Source: Lama glama (taxonomy: Eukaryota). Taken from it: 64,000 nt of DNA. This document shows positions 34,831 through 56,991 of this stretch, piece after piece (position 1 is the stretch's first letter; every line of letters starts with the position of its first letter). The notes under the pieces are model-generated. The model had not been told where the DNA came from. It ran no database searches and saw only the letters and a program-made list of their open reading frames with translations. Where the stretch lies: positions 60,140,001-60,204,000 of the forward strand of contig CM052823.1 of the NCBI GenBank assembly GCA_028534125.1, in the 5' to 3' direction. The position numbers were made by a program, and so were the translations under genes.

Positions 34831-36724
34831 TTAACTCTGCTTTGTTTAGTCCTTTCCGTGTAACCCATTTGTTACAGGACACGTTTGTCAAAGGGCAACT
34901 GCTTATTCTGTAACTGCCATGTTTTTCCTTTGTATCCTTAAGCTCTCAGTACTTATCTTGTCCCAGTGTCTGAGATCGGTAGCACTTTTTGTCGTGCGCC
35001 TCTATTACAGAAATTACCACACGGTGTTATAACAATTTGTTTACTTGTCTTTCCCGCCCCCGCCCCGCCCCTTCTCTGGAAACTGAAACTTCCTGTAGGT
35101 TGGGGCCTAGACTGTTTACCTTTGTACCCACAAGGCTTCTCTCCTGACAAGACACAGTAATTCAGGAAGCGAATAGAGTAATTGTGCCTTAGCCACTTGC
35201 TGGCTATGTGACCTTGAGAAAATTGCTTAACCTCTCTGTGCTTCTCAATTGTAAAATAGGGTTAATAATAGTACAACTCTCTCGTAAGGTTGTTGTCAAC
35301 ATTTAGGGAGATAATGCAAGTTGAGCATCTAGGAAGTGCTCCATACCTGCTAACAATTATTATTACTAGTCACAGGAGATACTTCTAATTTATGTGAGCT
35401 TGGGGTTACCAATTTTCTGTGGCACTTACAGATAATAGTAAACGATAACAATAGCAAATACTTTTGGGGCTTTTTTTTTTTTTCACACTTCAGGCACAGA
35501 TCTAAGCACTTTTCAAGTATTTACTCTTTTAATCGTCTCCATAGACTTGTGAGGTAAATATTATTGTTACTCCCATGTTACAGATAAGGAAACTCAGGCA
35601 CAGGGGTTAAGTATTTTGCTCAAGATTATGGACCTAGTAAATGCTGAAACAAGGGTTTGAACCTAGGCTGTCTGGCTCTGGACAGAGTGTACATTCAGGT
35701 CCATACTACTCCCTCCTGTCTACAAATGTTACAGTTTTCTGTTCATGACATTTGTTGTTGACATCAGTTTTGATGTATTCAAAACTGGGACCTCAGCAGG
35801 GCCTGAAGCTATAGACTTGGCCATAAAAAGGCCCTTCTTCCACTTGGACCTTGGTCCCATGCCAAGGAAACTTGGTCCCTTGGTCTCTCTACACACCCCA
35901 CTGCACCCTTAGGATGAATGAGGGATGAAATAGAACCGTAAATGTGGGAGGAAGATGCTGAGTAAAGGGAAGCAGGGCAAAGAGGTTGGGGAAATTAATA
36001 ACACTTAATCCTAATGGCGATCATGGAGGTTTTAGTGGAGTGTTGACTGTTCTCTATGCTGAGTACTTGGTGGATGCCCAGAACTCTTAAGACTTCACTT
36101 TAACTTCAAGGAGCCTACAGTCTAGTTGGAAAGAGATACATGAATAAAGAGACAGTCATGGGAGGTACCCATGGGAATGAGCTTGTGGGGAATTTAGAAA
36201 TGAATTTAGAAATGAAGCAGGAAAAGTGTTGGTTAGATGGAAAGAGTTGTAGGGGGCAGGAGGAGGAGGAAGGGAACCTGCGGTCCGGGATGCTGAATAA
36301 ACGTAAGATTTGCAAAAAAACAAAAGCGAAAAAACAAAGAAAAAAATTAGATCTAGGTTGCTGGGAGCAATCATATCATTGGGAAGAAATGGGTAGAGCA
36401 AACTTTTGTCCTCTACATGTTTATTAGAGTGCCTTCCAAGTGCAAGGCACTATGCAAGACACTGGGAATTAATATTTAAGAGTGAATTCAAGCCAAAAGA
36501 AGATAGGAAAAAATTAAAGAGGACCTAGGTTCTTATAATGAGTTTAAGCTTTATCTAGTTTAGTGAGTTTAAATTCCAGGCTTATATAAATCACACCCTA
36601 GATCATCAAGTATATTGAGAAATGGGTCTGTGGAGATATTCTTGGAAATCTTTGAGGAATTTGTGAAAAATAGTGGAAGGAGTGGAAAATGGGAAGATAT
36701 TTGATCTTCAAAATGACAGTATGT

Positions 36725-36870
36725 GTGGGAGGTTATAGCTTAGTGGTAGAGTGTGTGCTTAGTTAGCATGCATGAGGTCCTGGGTTCAATCCTCAGTACC
36801 TCCATTAAAATAAATAAATAAGCCTTAACACCCCCCCAAAAAAAGTTAAAAAATTAAAACTTAAAAAAGA
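36725..36870 (+). mobile_element. Camelid tRNA-derived SINE (Vic-1-like)
   Basis: gggaggttatagcttagtggtagag (A box)...ctgggttcaatcctcagtacctccattaaaataaata (B box, tail). Degenerate TSD aaatgacagtat / aaaagacaatat. Confidence 0.85.
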
Positions 36871-37064
36871 AAAGACAATATCTAAGTTTTATAGAGTACT
36901 CACCATATGTAGGCACTCTTCTAAGCATTGCACATCTCATTTAATCCTCATCACACATCCAGGAAGTAGGTGTTGTTTTTGTCCTCATTTTGTAATTGAA
37001 GAAACTGAGTCATAGATAGGTTAGATCACTTGCTCAAGATCAAACTACTACCATGTGCAGCAGC

Positions 37065-37925
37065 ATGTTTGTGTCGCCCTCCCCACTCTCCCCCCGCCCC
37101 CCAAATTCACATGTCGATTTTCCAACCTCCAAAGATGATCGTATTAGGAGGTAGGCCTTTGGGAGACGCGTAAGTCATAAAGTGGAGCCCTGAGAATGAG
37201 ACTGGTGCCTAATAAAAAAGGGTCCAGGAAGACGGCCCTCACNNNNNNNNNNNNNNNNNNNNNNNNNNNNNNNNNNNNNNNNNNNNNNNNNNNNNNNNNN
37301 NNNNNNNNNNNNNNNNNNNNNNNNNNNNNNNNNNNNNNNNNNNNNNNNNNNNNNNNNNNNNNNNNNNNNNNNNNNNNNNNNNNNNAGAGAAGTTGGGATG
37401 CTGCTGTAACAAATGCATAAAAATGTGGAAGCAGCTTTAAAACTGGGCAATGGGCAGAAGCTGGAAGACTTTGGAGGTGCATGCTAGAGAAAGGCCACAT
37501 TGCCGTGAATGGACTGTTAAGGGTGATTCTTGTGAGGGCTCAGAAGAGGAGAGCGACAGGGAGAACCTCAGTCTCTCACAGAATACCTAAGTGAACAGGT
37601 TGTTGGTGGAAATATGGATGGCAAAGTTTATTCTGATGAGGTCTCAGATGGAGATGAAGAATGTGTTGTTGGAAACTGGAGGAAAGGCGATCTTTGTTCT
37701 AAAGGGACAAAGAGCTTGGTTGAATTGTGTTCTTTTCCTAGTGTTTGGTGGAAGGTAGAACTTCTGAGGAATGAAATTGGACATTTGGCTGAAGAAACTT
37801 CTAAGCAAAGTGTTGAGGAAGCAGCCTGATTTCTCTTGAGTGCTTATAGTAAAGGAGAAAAATAATTTAAAGGTGGAATTGTTCATCAAAAAGGATGCAG
37901 AGCTTAAAAATCTGGAAAATTCTTA
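37065..37925 (+). mobile_element. ERVL-MaLR (MLT1A-like) LTR plus 5' part of internal sequence
   Basis: ccccaaattcacatg...tattaggaggtaggcctttgggag...ggagccctgagaatgagactggtgcc is an MLT1-type LTR. After the N-run, gctgctgtaacaaat...aaaatgtggaagcagcttt...gaggtctcagatggagatga is MLT1-int-like. Confidence 0.8.
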
Positions 37926-38202
37926 TCCCTATCTAACATACTCTATTTTACTCATTTATTGTGTTTATTCCCTGCTCCATTCACAAGAATATAAGTTCCA
38001 CGGGGGCAAGAATATAAGTTCCTAGATCTATATTGGTTTACTGGTGAATCCCCATTGCCAAAAGCAATGTCTGACAAAAAGCAGGTAGGTACTCAGTAAA
38101 TGTTGAATGAATGAATCAGTCAGTGACTGCCAGTCACAGGCATCACATGGATTATATCTCTTAATCTACTCAACTGCTCTTTGAATTATTAGTCCCACTT
38201 TA

Positions 38203-38289
38203 TTTATTTTTAATGGAGGTACTGGGGATTGAACCCAGAACCTTGTACATGCTAAGCAGGCACTCTACCTCTGAGCTATACCCTCCCGA
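38203..38289 (-). mobile_element. Camelid tRNA-derived SINE (Vic-1-like) inserted into a MIR
   Basis: taatggaggtactggggattgaaccc...ctgagctataccctccc. TSD tagtcccacttta (38190) / tagccccgcttta (38290). Confidence 0.85.
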
Positions 38290-40122
38290 TAGCCCCGCTT
38301 TAAAGATGAGGAAAATAAAGCTCAGGGAGGATACAGAACTTGCCGAAGGTCATCCCACCAGCAAGGCGTAAAGGCTAGGGCCAAACCCAGGTTGTGTAAC
38401 TCCAGAGTCCTTGTCCTAACCACGGTGTGATACTGCTTCTCTGTGTACGGGAAGCACTGTTTTAAAAGACTGAGAAAATAATTTAATCCAGAGGAGGGTG
38501 ATAGGAATGGTTAGGGGGTTTCTAAGCCAAGTTGTATGAGAAACTGTTTATGGAATGAGAAAGGAACTGGAATGAAGCAAAAAAAGCTTAATTTTCATGA
38601 GGGATTGTATACATGAAAACTAGATCCAAGTATTTGAAGAGCTGTAGTGTGGAACAAGAATTTGTTTATTCTATACAGTCTGAAGGGCAGAAACTGGAAT
38701 TAACGGGATGAATAAAGACAGTCTCTGCTTGGTACAGAAACTGAGGGTGGGTAGTGTTGATGCAGGGGACGCCAGTCCTAGGCCATCAAGGCTCCTTGAC
38801 AAACCTGAGACTTGTGGATTTTAGGATGGCAGAACTTCCCAGAAGACGGGCAAAGGAGCTTCTCAAAGCGAGTTGTGTTAGATGCTAATATGAGGCCAAA
38901 GAAAGTGAAAGCAGAGAAAAGGCCTGGGGTGGGAAGAGAGCAGTCACGAAGGATTTTTGGGGAGAAGTTTCAGTAAATGCCTGGTTGGGATGCACATGTG
39001 GAGGCTGGGTTAAAAAGAAATGGCTGGGGAAGGAATGCAGACAGCTTTTGAAAAACCTTGGCTTGAGAGAAAAGAGGAAAATGAGAAAAATCATTCAAGA
39101 CTGCAGCAGTATCCAGGAGAGCTTTTCAAGATGGGGAAACCTCTAGGTTTGAAGGGAATGGAGATTGAAGACTCTACCATATGGTGACAGGAGCAAGGTG
39201 CCTTGTGCTTTGGAAAGAATGAGATGCAGGGTTGGGGACACCCCTTGGAGGATTGAGAGCGACCTCAATTGTGTCCATTTGGGGGGCCTCTGACATATTG
39301 AAAAATTAAACACTAAGGCGGTTTTGGAAATGTTGGCTGTATTTTAAATGTTTATATTTAACAAATGAAAACTTTTAGCACAAAGAAGGTAATAACATAG
39401 TGATAGTCACAAAACACCTACAGGCATTTTTTTTAAACTACAAAATGTCAGAGCTTTATAAATGTGAGGTGGGGATTAAAGGAGTCCCCAAGCCTCAAGG
39501 CGCAGATGAGGTTAGGAGGGTGAGTGCACATTAGAGGCCCCCCCAAGAGGCTTGGGCATACTTCCAAAGGCCTGAGAGAAGTGGCACAGAAATGTCCCAC
39601 TCTCAGATAAAGGAGTCCCAGAGTCCCGCTTGCCTTGGTCAGAGGGCGTTCTGCCCTAGCATTCTGAGGCCCAGGAGTGCAGACTCACCTGGACGCTGAC
39701 CTTGAAGAGCTCAGGGGACAGGCATCCTAGAGGGATCGGCATCTGAGGTGTCCACAGGAGGGCAGTGTGGCAACTCCAAGGAGCTCTGGGGACAAGGCAC
39801 CAGCACCTCCCTTGCTTTCTCAGACCCTCAGTCCTGCACCCTCTCCACTCCCTCTTCCTGGAGTTGTTCAAGGGCTGTTCACCAACCCCCCGCAGAGGGA
39901 CAGCCCACGGAAACTCTGACTTTTCTTTCTCTGCTGCTGGAAGATGAAGGCTTGTCATCCTGTATCACCCTAGTCCCACCCCTTTAAGTACAGGTGTCCT
40001 GGACGGAAGCATGGAAAGTGGAAAGGGGGTTGGGACAGGCGGATGGTATTGTAGCCCTGGTTGTTGTTGGCTTTGCCCTGGCCTCTCAGTTCTTCGGGCT
40101 TGGTTTGCAGTGCCAACACCCA

Positions 40123-40137
40123 GCACAAGGGGGCGCT
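40123..40137 (+). promoter_or_regulatory. Candidate CTCF site between LRP10 and MMP14
   Basis: GCACAAGGGGGCGCT. Confidence 0.5.
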
Positions 40138-40583
40138 ACCACCCTGCAAACCCTGTCCAGATGGTCTCTGCTGCAGAGGGGCTGCGCCCAGCCAGAGGGA
40201 ATGGGGGTGGGTGTTCCTCCAGGCCCCTTCGCCAGCTTTCCTCCACCCAGAGCTTGTGTGCAGTTTCATGCAGGCCTGGGGTGCAGGGTATCTCTGGAGC
40301 ACAGGCGAGTAGACTGGAGGAGAGACTTCAGGGACACCTGGCACGGAGCTTGAGGGTGCAAGGAAGGAGGCCTTCCTGCTGGGTGCTCCAGGGTCCAGGT
40401 GCAGGCTGCTCTGGGAGTGCAGTCTGAAAGACTGGTGTTTCCAGAAGAGCTGGGCCAACACAGCCCAATTAGGGACCGTTCCTAGGTTAAGTGCAGGCTG
40501 TGGGGGAGGGGTGGCACATAAGGGGGAGACCGATAGGGATGAAGCAGTCGTTCTGGAGTTATGAACCTCTTTACTTCGATAGA

Positions 40584-40586
40584 TTT

Positions 40587-40642
<56 letters not shown>

Positions 40643-40644
40643 TC
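40584..40644. repeat. (TTTC)n tetranucleotide microsatellite next to an L1 3' remnant
   Basis: About 14 TTTC units, followed by an L1M-like tail ttgaggtgaaattac...ttaagtgtacagc. Confidence 0.92.
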
Positions 40645-43600
40645 AATCTTTTAAAGATTGAGGTGAAATTACAGTAAAATTCAAAGAATGTAATGAACTT
40701 AAGTGTACAGCTTAATGCTTTTAAACCCTATATATTCTCTATTTATGTATACACATACATATGTCCATACGTATACAAAACTTATGTGTTCACAGCTGCA
40801 GTTATTTACGTATGTTTATCACAGCTCTCACTGGCAAATAAAGTCAAAAACTTTTATCAAACTCCCATGAGCCCAATACCATCCTTCTCTTTTGTAAGGA
40901 AGTGAGTGAGGACAGAACATGTGTCTGGTGGCCGTGATGGGGTCAGTATTATTATGAATCATAGTCATTCCTCGACAGAACTATACCACCAGTGACTCGG
41001 AGGGCAGCAGCCGGCTGTGCGATCTACCTGCAGTGGCCATATTTTTGGAATCCAAAGTGGGATGAGTTGTCTGCCGGGTCTGATCTGAACCTCAGGAAGA
41101 TATTATTGGATCCAGGCTATTCGGTCAGGGCAGCCGCGTTCCGAGCACAGAGCCAGGCACGAGCGGCCAAGGAGAGCGTTTCTGGGAACTGATCTTGCTC
41201 TCTGGCCTGGTGCTACATGTCTCTGGAAGCTGCACGAAGGGTGACGTCTTTGACCACAGGCTGGATCAAAATGAGCTGGAGCCTGTCGCGTGCGTGTGAA
41301 TCTGCTGGTCCCTTCGGAGGCACCCGTCTTTTCCCTGCTTTGTGGTCAACCTGGCCTTGCCCCACCCAGACCCCATCCTGTCCCAAATCAGGGAAGTGCC
41401 CCTAGCGGGAAATGAAGTGAGTGGGCAGGATGTGACCCATGGTGAGGCAGCTACCAGACCTGGCCTGGTCCCTGAGTCAATGAGCTACTTCAGGTTCTCT
41501 CAGGAAGCCCTTCCGCCAATTCACTACAGTGGGGACACCTCTTCTTTCCCTCCACTGCCCCTCCCTATCCAGGTGTGAGTCTTTGGGGGCAGGAAGCTGG
41601 TCTCCTCCTCTTCTAAGCTACGAAGGGCCCATGAAGGAATAGGGGAAACTGGGAAGATGCAGCCTCAGCCTGGAGGCAGTGGGGGCTGCTCCCTTGGGGT
41701 GTAGTGACTGCCTGGCCTGGGGTGTCTGATCCTGTTGTGGAACCCCGGGGTCCAGGCCTGGTGAGGGACAGAGGAGGACAGAGGGGGCTGGGCCTGCCCA
41801 GGGAAGGCTGGCCTGGAAGGCACCCAGCCACCGGCCCGGGGCCAGCCGGGGTGGAAAGTATGTGTGTGAGCTCATTTGGAAGGTGGCTTCTGGCCAGTCA
41901 GGCCTGCCTCCCTTCCAGGCCCTGGCTGCCCAGCCCCCTTGAAGGCTGCCTCTGGGTCTCTCTAGTCTCCCAAGACTGTCTGAGGGAGGACAGAAACCCC
42001 CAGGCTAGATGACTGGAGTTGGTCTCCTAAAGGAGGTGAATTCAGATTTGGAGCGGGTGGGTTGGAAGGGGTTCCAGGGATTGCAGAACATGGAGCAAGC
42101 TTGCCTGGGGTTTCCCTGGGACCTTAGGGAATGGAAATCACCCCAAAGGCCTCCCCTCCTCATTGGCCCCTGCCTCAGACATTCCCCACCCCCACCCCTC
42201 CCTTAACTGCTGCCATTGTCCCATTCAGTTCCTCTGACTTTTCAGTCCTGCTACCTCCTCCCTTGCCTCAAATACCTGTTCCTGCCCCTAAGAAGTAAGG
42301 TGACTCCTGGCCAAGCAGATTTCTGAGGAAAAGCCCTGCTCCTCTGCGCTCCTGCTACATGGCACCACAGGCAGGCACACGTCTGCTGAGATTCCACAGA
42401 ACACACACTGCCACACAGACAGCCCGCTCCACGGGGGCCTACACTGGAAGAGACCCCAGGAGACATGGTCAGAATCTGCCTGTATAGAAACAAAAAATCA
42501 GACAGACCTGGGTTTTCATTTTGGACTAATGAGCTGTGAGACTGAGCAAGTTTTATTAGGGCCTCAATTTTTGCATCTGTAAAATGGGGGCAGTTAGTGC
42601 TATGTCCTTGAGTGCTGTGAGGACCTCAGGAGATGTTGGTGTCCCCTTAGCTGGAAAAGGAAGCAGGGATACAGAAGGTAGAGAGGACTGGGAAGTCTGT
42701 TAGATTGTGGGGGAGAAGGGGCCTGGAGGAGGGGCAGTGAAGGACCCGAAGAGCTAGCCAGATTGTGAGGGGTTGCTCTGCTGAGTCCCCTCTCCTTTAG
42801 AGGGCCCAGTCCTTCTTAGATCTTCCCTTCCCGTCCCATCCCACTGACCCAGCGCCTGGCTGGCAGCATTGGAAGCTTGGGCCCCAGAGAAAAGAGGTGT
42901 GACTCCCCCTCAAAATGTGTGGGGTACAGTGGTGGGCAGAGTACAGCCTCTGCTCGATGCTTGCCCCCAGTACAGTCTCCTTAGAGCTTGCTTCCCTGGG
43001 TTCTGCCCAAACCTCCTCACAGATTCCCCTTGGCTCCCTTCTGGCTGCTCTAACTCACATGTGCTGCTTTCGAATAAAGGAACTTGGAACCATAGAAACT
43101 GGGTCAGGCCCAATGGACAAAGCAGGGTAGGGCCAGTGAAAGCAGTGTTTGCAGGGCTCTCGGGAGCCACAGGACCCTCTGCTCTCCCCTAACCCCAGCC
43201 TGACCTGGTGGCTCACTCAGCTGGGGCCCGGTGGGGTCCCTGAGCAGCCTCACTGGGCTGGATCCCTCAGACCCAAGGCGCGTCAGAAGCACGGGACCTT
43301 GCAGCCTCCACCCTGGAATTCTCCCTGCTCGTGAAGCCTCTTCCACCTCTTCCCCCTTTGTCTCTGGTCCTCCATTCCCATCTCTCCCCCTTGGCTTCAG
43401 AGAGCATCTTGTGATTCCAGAATCAGGGCCAAACAATTTCCTCGTGATGGGGAAACCACACTCCAGCCGCGCGGGAGCCCTAGGCTCCCCCTCCTCTTCC
43501 CTCTGGCAGTCCCCCNNNNNNNNNNNNNNNNNNNNNNNNNNNNNNNNNNNNNNNNNNNNNNNNNNNNNNNNNNNNNNNNNNNNNNNNNNNNNNNNNNNNN

Positions 43601-44763
43601 NNNNNNNNNNNNNNNNNNNNNNNNNNNNNNNNNNNNNNNNNNNNNNNCGCACGGGCCCCACCACCCCCAGACGCCCGCCCCTGACTTCCCTGAGCCAGCT
43701 TCTCAGGGTCCCCATCCCCTCTGGTGAGGGTGGCAGGGAGGTGGTGTCCAACTCCACTGAGACACACGGGCCTTGCCAAACAGCTGTTGGCAGGAGAGGC
43801 ACAGGAGGCCAGGCATAGGGTCAAGGTTGCTGGCTGGCAGGAAGGTGGGGTACCCCTTCTGCCAAAGCAATCACACCAGCCAGCCCTGAATAGCAGCTGG
43901 ATAGAAGGCCTGGCTTAGGTGGGGCCGGGACTCCTGGAGGCAGGCCGGGGAGAGGGCCTGGGCTGGAGCCTGGGGAGGGCTGGGCTGAGGCAGGAAGGGA
44001 AGGAGGGAAGAAAGAGGGCTGCTCCCCTCCAGCTGAGCTGACTCAGCAACTGAGCGATTCCTCCCTCCAGGCTGGTTTGGAAGAAGGGTGGGTCGATAGC
44101 CTGGGAACCCTGTCTAGGGCAGCAATTTCTAAGGAAAGGGGAAGACAGAGCCATGTCATTCTGTCCTTCCGACCTGATCACCCTGCCTTTCCTGGGCAGT
44201 TGTGGTGAGACCCGTTTGGCTAGAGGCAAGCTGCTCCTAACTGGCCCGTGGGGCAACCTCTTCCTTTCCCCTCTGTTCTTTCTGCCCCTGAAAGGGAGCC
44301 CCAGGCCTGGGAGAGGGCTGGGGAGAAGTGCCTGCCCCCTGAGCCCGAGGCTGATGGTGATGGGGGATTTCCCCAGCAGCCAGCACGAGGCCTGAGGAAC
44401 TGGAGCATCTGCGGCTGGATCACACGACAGGGTAACGCAATTTAGGAAGATTTTCCGAGTGGCCCCAGCTTGGCCACTTCCTCTTGCCTTTGCAGTCCTG
44501 GGCCTCAAAGGTAGCCTCTTAGGCCAGGTTGAGAGAGAGCAGCTAGCTGGGCTCTGTGGACCACTCTTCTGCCCCCAGGAAGGATGCCCTCCTCCCCAAC
44601 TCTGGACTATGGATCCCTTTCATCCACCAATAAATACATTTCTTTACGAAAAATACCAAAATCCTACCTCACTGAAAACCCTGCATGGCCCTCCTGCTTT
44701 CCATCCCCCTTGTAGCCACATCCCAGGCACACAAACTGCAGCCACACAAAGAATGTGAAACGG

Positions 44764-44769
44764 TTTATT
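44764..44769 (-). terminator. MMP14: MMP14 polyadenylation signal AATAAA
   Basis: tttatt on the + strand about 1.7 kb after the MMP14 stop, with a GU-rich element downstream on the - strand. Confidence 0.75.
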
Positions 44770-46484
44770 CTTCGTGGAAAGGTTGAACAAGGTCAAAAAT
44801 GTCCTTAGNNNNNNNNNNNNNNNNNNNNNNNNNNNNNNNNNNNNNNNNNNNNNNNNNNNNNNNNNNNNNNNNNNNNNNNNNNNNNNNNNNNNNNNNNNNN
44901 NNNNNNNNNNNNNNNNNNNNNNNNNNNNNNNNNNNNNNNNNNNNNNNNNNNNNNNNNNNNNNNNNNNNNNNNNNNNNNNNNNNNNNNNNNNNNNNNNNNN
45001 NNNNNNNNNNNNNNNNNNNNNNNNNNNNNCCTGCCCCCCCACCCCTGACATCCCTCTCCTCTCACTGCCCCCCCCAGGGTGTCTCACTCTCCCAAGTCTC
45101 CGGTACCATGACCACCTTCAGTGGCCGAAGGAGACTACAAATGTGTGGGCTGGGGGAGGGGGGAGGGTGGGGGGCAGGACACCTGTAGGCTGGGCTGAGG
45201 GGCAGGGGGCATCAGGAAGTGAGGGGCTAACCTGACAAGAGATGCCCAGGCACCTGCCCCTTCTCAGAGGCTGGCTGAGGCAGGCTGATCCTCAGCTCCC
45301 TAACTAGGTGGCCGCTCCCATTAAGGTCCCAAGTCTCCAGTCCCCAGATGTGTGTGCCCTCTCTGCTCCTTTCTTGGGCTCCCTGTCTTCCCCTCTCTGC
45401 TGTCTGATTGAAGCAAGGGCACCAAGGAGGAGCAGGTGTGCCTTTCTCAGGCCCTTCCTGAGAGCTCCAATAAAATGTGCCCTCCCCTGGGTACCACAGC
45501 CCACCCTGTGGTGTCCCTGGTGGCTTAGCCTGCCAGGCTCCCAGCTGTGCACTCCTGCTTCCCCTCCCTGGTTTGCCTTTTGGTCCTGTCCTGTCCCTTC
45601 TGACTGCTCTGCCCATGGGTCCCTACCCCAGCTGCCTGCATTTGAGCAAGTTTCTTTCTCTGGGGCCTCCAGGCTCACCCCCAGGGCTCCGGGCCAAGTC
45701 TCTCTCCTTGGCCCCACCCCACCTCGTAGCTGCACCCCCTGGTCTCAGCTCTAGAAACCCTGACCTCCCCATTCGAGGCTAACGTTTGGGAGGGCGGGGC
45801 TGTCAAGGGTTTCTGCAGCCCCAGGTTAGTCCTTAATGGCTCAGGCTCCTTCTGTGGATGTTCTCGGGGGCAGGTGGGGCAGAGGCAGACCTGTGGGGAG
45901 AGGACTCACCCTCTCTGAGCTTTCCTCCCAAGGTCTTAGGGCGGCTGTGCAGCTCCCACCCCCTCACTCTCTCAGGGTCTCCCCGCCACAACAAGATTAG
46001 ATTTCTTTTAGCAGGAAAGAGTTGTGGGAGGCTGCCAATTGGGTACACCTGGGGGCTTGCGGGGCTGGAGAGCCCAGAGCCTCCTGAGGTCAGAGTTCAG
46101 AGGTTAAAGGTATGTCAGGGAATGGAAAAGGAGCAGATGACCCCATTTGACCTTTACCAGCGAGGTCTGAGGTTCCTGCCTTCAAGTGCAGAGCCAAGAC
46201 ATTCAGATGGGGCTGAACGTACATCAAGCCACGGGGGCCCCTGAGGGGCAGGGGTTGGAAAGGCGGCCCCTGCTCAGCCCCCAGGGGACCCGTCTAGGGA
46301 AGAAGCAATGCCAGCGTGGAGGGTGGGAGAGGCCAGTCACGGGACTGAGAAGAAGGGAGGTGGGGGGTGGGAGTGGGGGGAGGGGGCTCGGGACGGGTGG
46401 GAACAGCCCACCCACCACCACCTGCTGCCACTGGCTTTCAGAGGCAAAGTCCTCGTGGTAGGAGTGGGCGGGCGGCAGTGGGGG

Positions 46485-54905
<8,421 letters not shown>

Positions 54906-55049
54906 TCAGCTTGGAGATGAAGGGGTTGTTCTTGAAAGCGCCTGTTTGCTCGTACCCTCTTTTCCGTTTTTTGATCTTTCTTCTGCTTAGTCGGCGAACT
55001 GCATCGCGAGCCCTCTCGCTCTCTTTCTGGTCCCTCCCTTCTCCCACAG

Positions 55050-55116
55050 CCTCCCTCCGCCCCCGCCCCAATGCCCTCCTTTCCCGGTGCGGACGTGGTT
55101 GTTTCTGAATCCAATT
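55050..55116 (-). promoter_or_regulatory. MMP14: MMP14 TATA-less promoter: overlapping Egr-1/Sp1 site, CCAAT boxes, RCGTG
   Basis: CGCCCCCGC 55058-55066 overlaps CCCCGCCCC; CCAAT at 55068 and 55111; ACGTG 55093-55097. CpG island at about 53720-54880 over exon 1 and intron 1. Confidence 0.7.
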
Positions 55117-56991
55117 ACAGCCAAAGAGCCGGGAAAAAAAAAAAAAAACCTAAGTTGCCTTTCTGTGGTGGAGGCTGCCATCTGCAGGGTTGAGGCCACA
55201 GCTGAGAGCGGGGGGCTGTGGGGGGACTCAGGGGACGGGATGTGGGAGACTTTCTCCCACTAAGCATATTTTGAGTGGCTTAATTCCTCTGGGATTCAGC
55301 GTTTGTCTCACCTCCGTGGGAAGTACTGTGAGGTTCAGTGGCTGGTGCAAATAAGGAGCTCAGAGTCTGGGATGGTGGTGGGGGCTCTTCCCTGTCTAGA
55401 AACCCGCTTTGAGGGGTCATCTGCTGGGACCTGCGGCTCAACCATATTGAAATTTTGGCCCCTATTCTTGACAATCACCTCTGTCTCTCTCCCGCCAAAG
55501 AAGTGTAACAGTAACAAAACCCAACCACCCACCGACAAATCCCACCACCACACTGGATCTGGGACTCCTGTTCTTGGAGAAATACAAATGTGCTCCCTTT
55601 ATTGTTGTCACTTACAATCTGCTGCTCCTTAAACTAGAACTCCCTGGGGAGGAACGGAGTGTGAAGCCATGGAATCTGGCAAAAGGCAAATCAAGTTTGG
55701 TGAAATTGCTAAAAAAACAGAGAATGGGAGTTAGGACTGTGGAGCTTAGTTCCCCTCAACACCGGAAAAGGAGGCAATCTCTTAAAGAGTATAATCTCCT
55801 CCTTCAGGGACTGACTAGACTCTGAGAACAAAAGGTGGAGGTATGCAGGGAAGGGGGAGGGCAGGCTAGAGCTGGCATGGCAGTGGGAAAGGGAGACAGA
55901 TAAGAGGCTGAGGGCTAGATCTGGAAAAGCAACACAACAGAAGCAGGAAAAGTGTGGGAGACAGAAAACTCGACCATCAGCGAAATCTAAGATCCAAGAA
56001 TTGCACTGGTCAGCGAGAGAGGAAGGCGGTAGTGGGGGGAAGAAGGGAGGGAAAGAAACAAGGGAAGGAATAAAGGAGGCTGGACAGAAATTAGGTGAGG
56101 CAGAAAGTTACAGAAATCCTAGAGATCTAGGAACTATCACTTATCTGTGGCAGAAGAATGCAAGAAAAGTCTGTTGCTCTGTATTGTAATGGGAGCAAAG
56201 GTCCTTTCCCCCCACTAGAATCCATGGGAGGAGCCATGATCAATAAAATGGAAGATTTCCCCAGGGCCTGTGCGGCTATCGGGTTTGTGGGAGGTATATG
56301 GTGGCTATTAGATAACTCTTCCACAGTGACTGTTTGGGGGCTGAGCACCTCAGGGCTCCCCTACACAAATGGGGGTCGGGAAGTGCAGGCCTCTCTCCAA
56401 CCAACCTCTGGAATTCAGTCAGAACCACAGAAACCGCAGGATCCAACTCTGTAGCAGAACATGCAACACCCAAGTCTGGTTCTTCTCATGTTAGCCTTCC
56501 CAGTGGGGGTATCCTCCTGGGCCACATATGGGAAGTTTAGGAAAACTGGTATCAGTTGCTTGCCAAGAAGTGGATCTCAGTTGGAAAAGCTTTTTCATCA
56601 AAACATTTATTAAATACATAGCTGCATGTGGCCTGAGCTGTGCATGGGCTGTTAAAGGCTTGGGTGCCTGGCTAAAACCAGGAAACCTGTTGCCCCCTTT
56701 TCATGTTCGCAGAGCAGCTCCTGCTCATAGCTGGGCCAGTCCTATGGCCTACAAAAGAGGGGATAAATATCCCAGAGCAAGATTTCGCTGAACTGGAATA
56801 GAGCCAGGGGTGAGAGCACTGAGCCAACCGTTCCAGGCAGTGATCTTACAGGCTGTTCTTCCTGGTGTCCATCCTTTTTGCTCTGAAGACAGATGGGGCA
56901 CATTAAGGCTTTCTTCTGGCTGGGATGATGCATCTAGGTGATAGAAAAGAAAGCCAGAGAGAAGCTGCAGAAGGGAGACAAGAGCTGCTTT

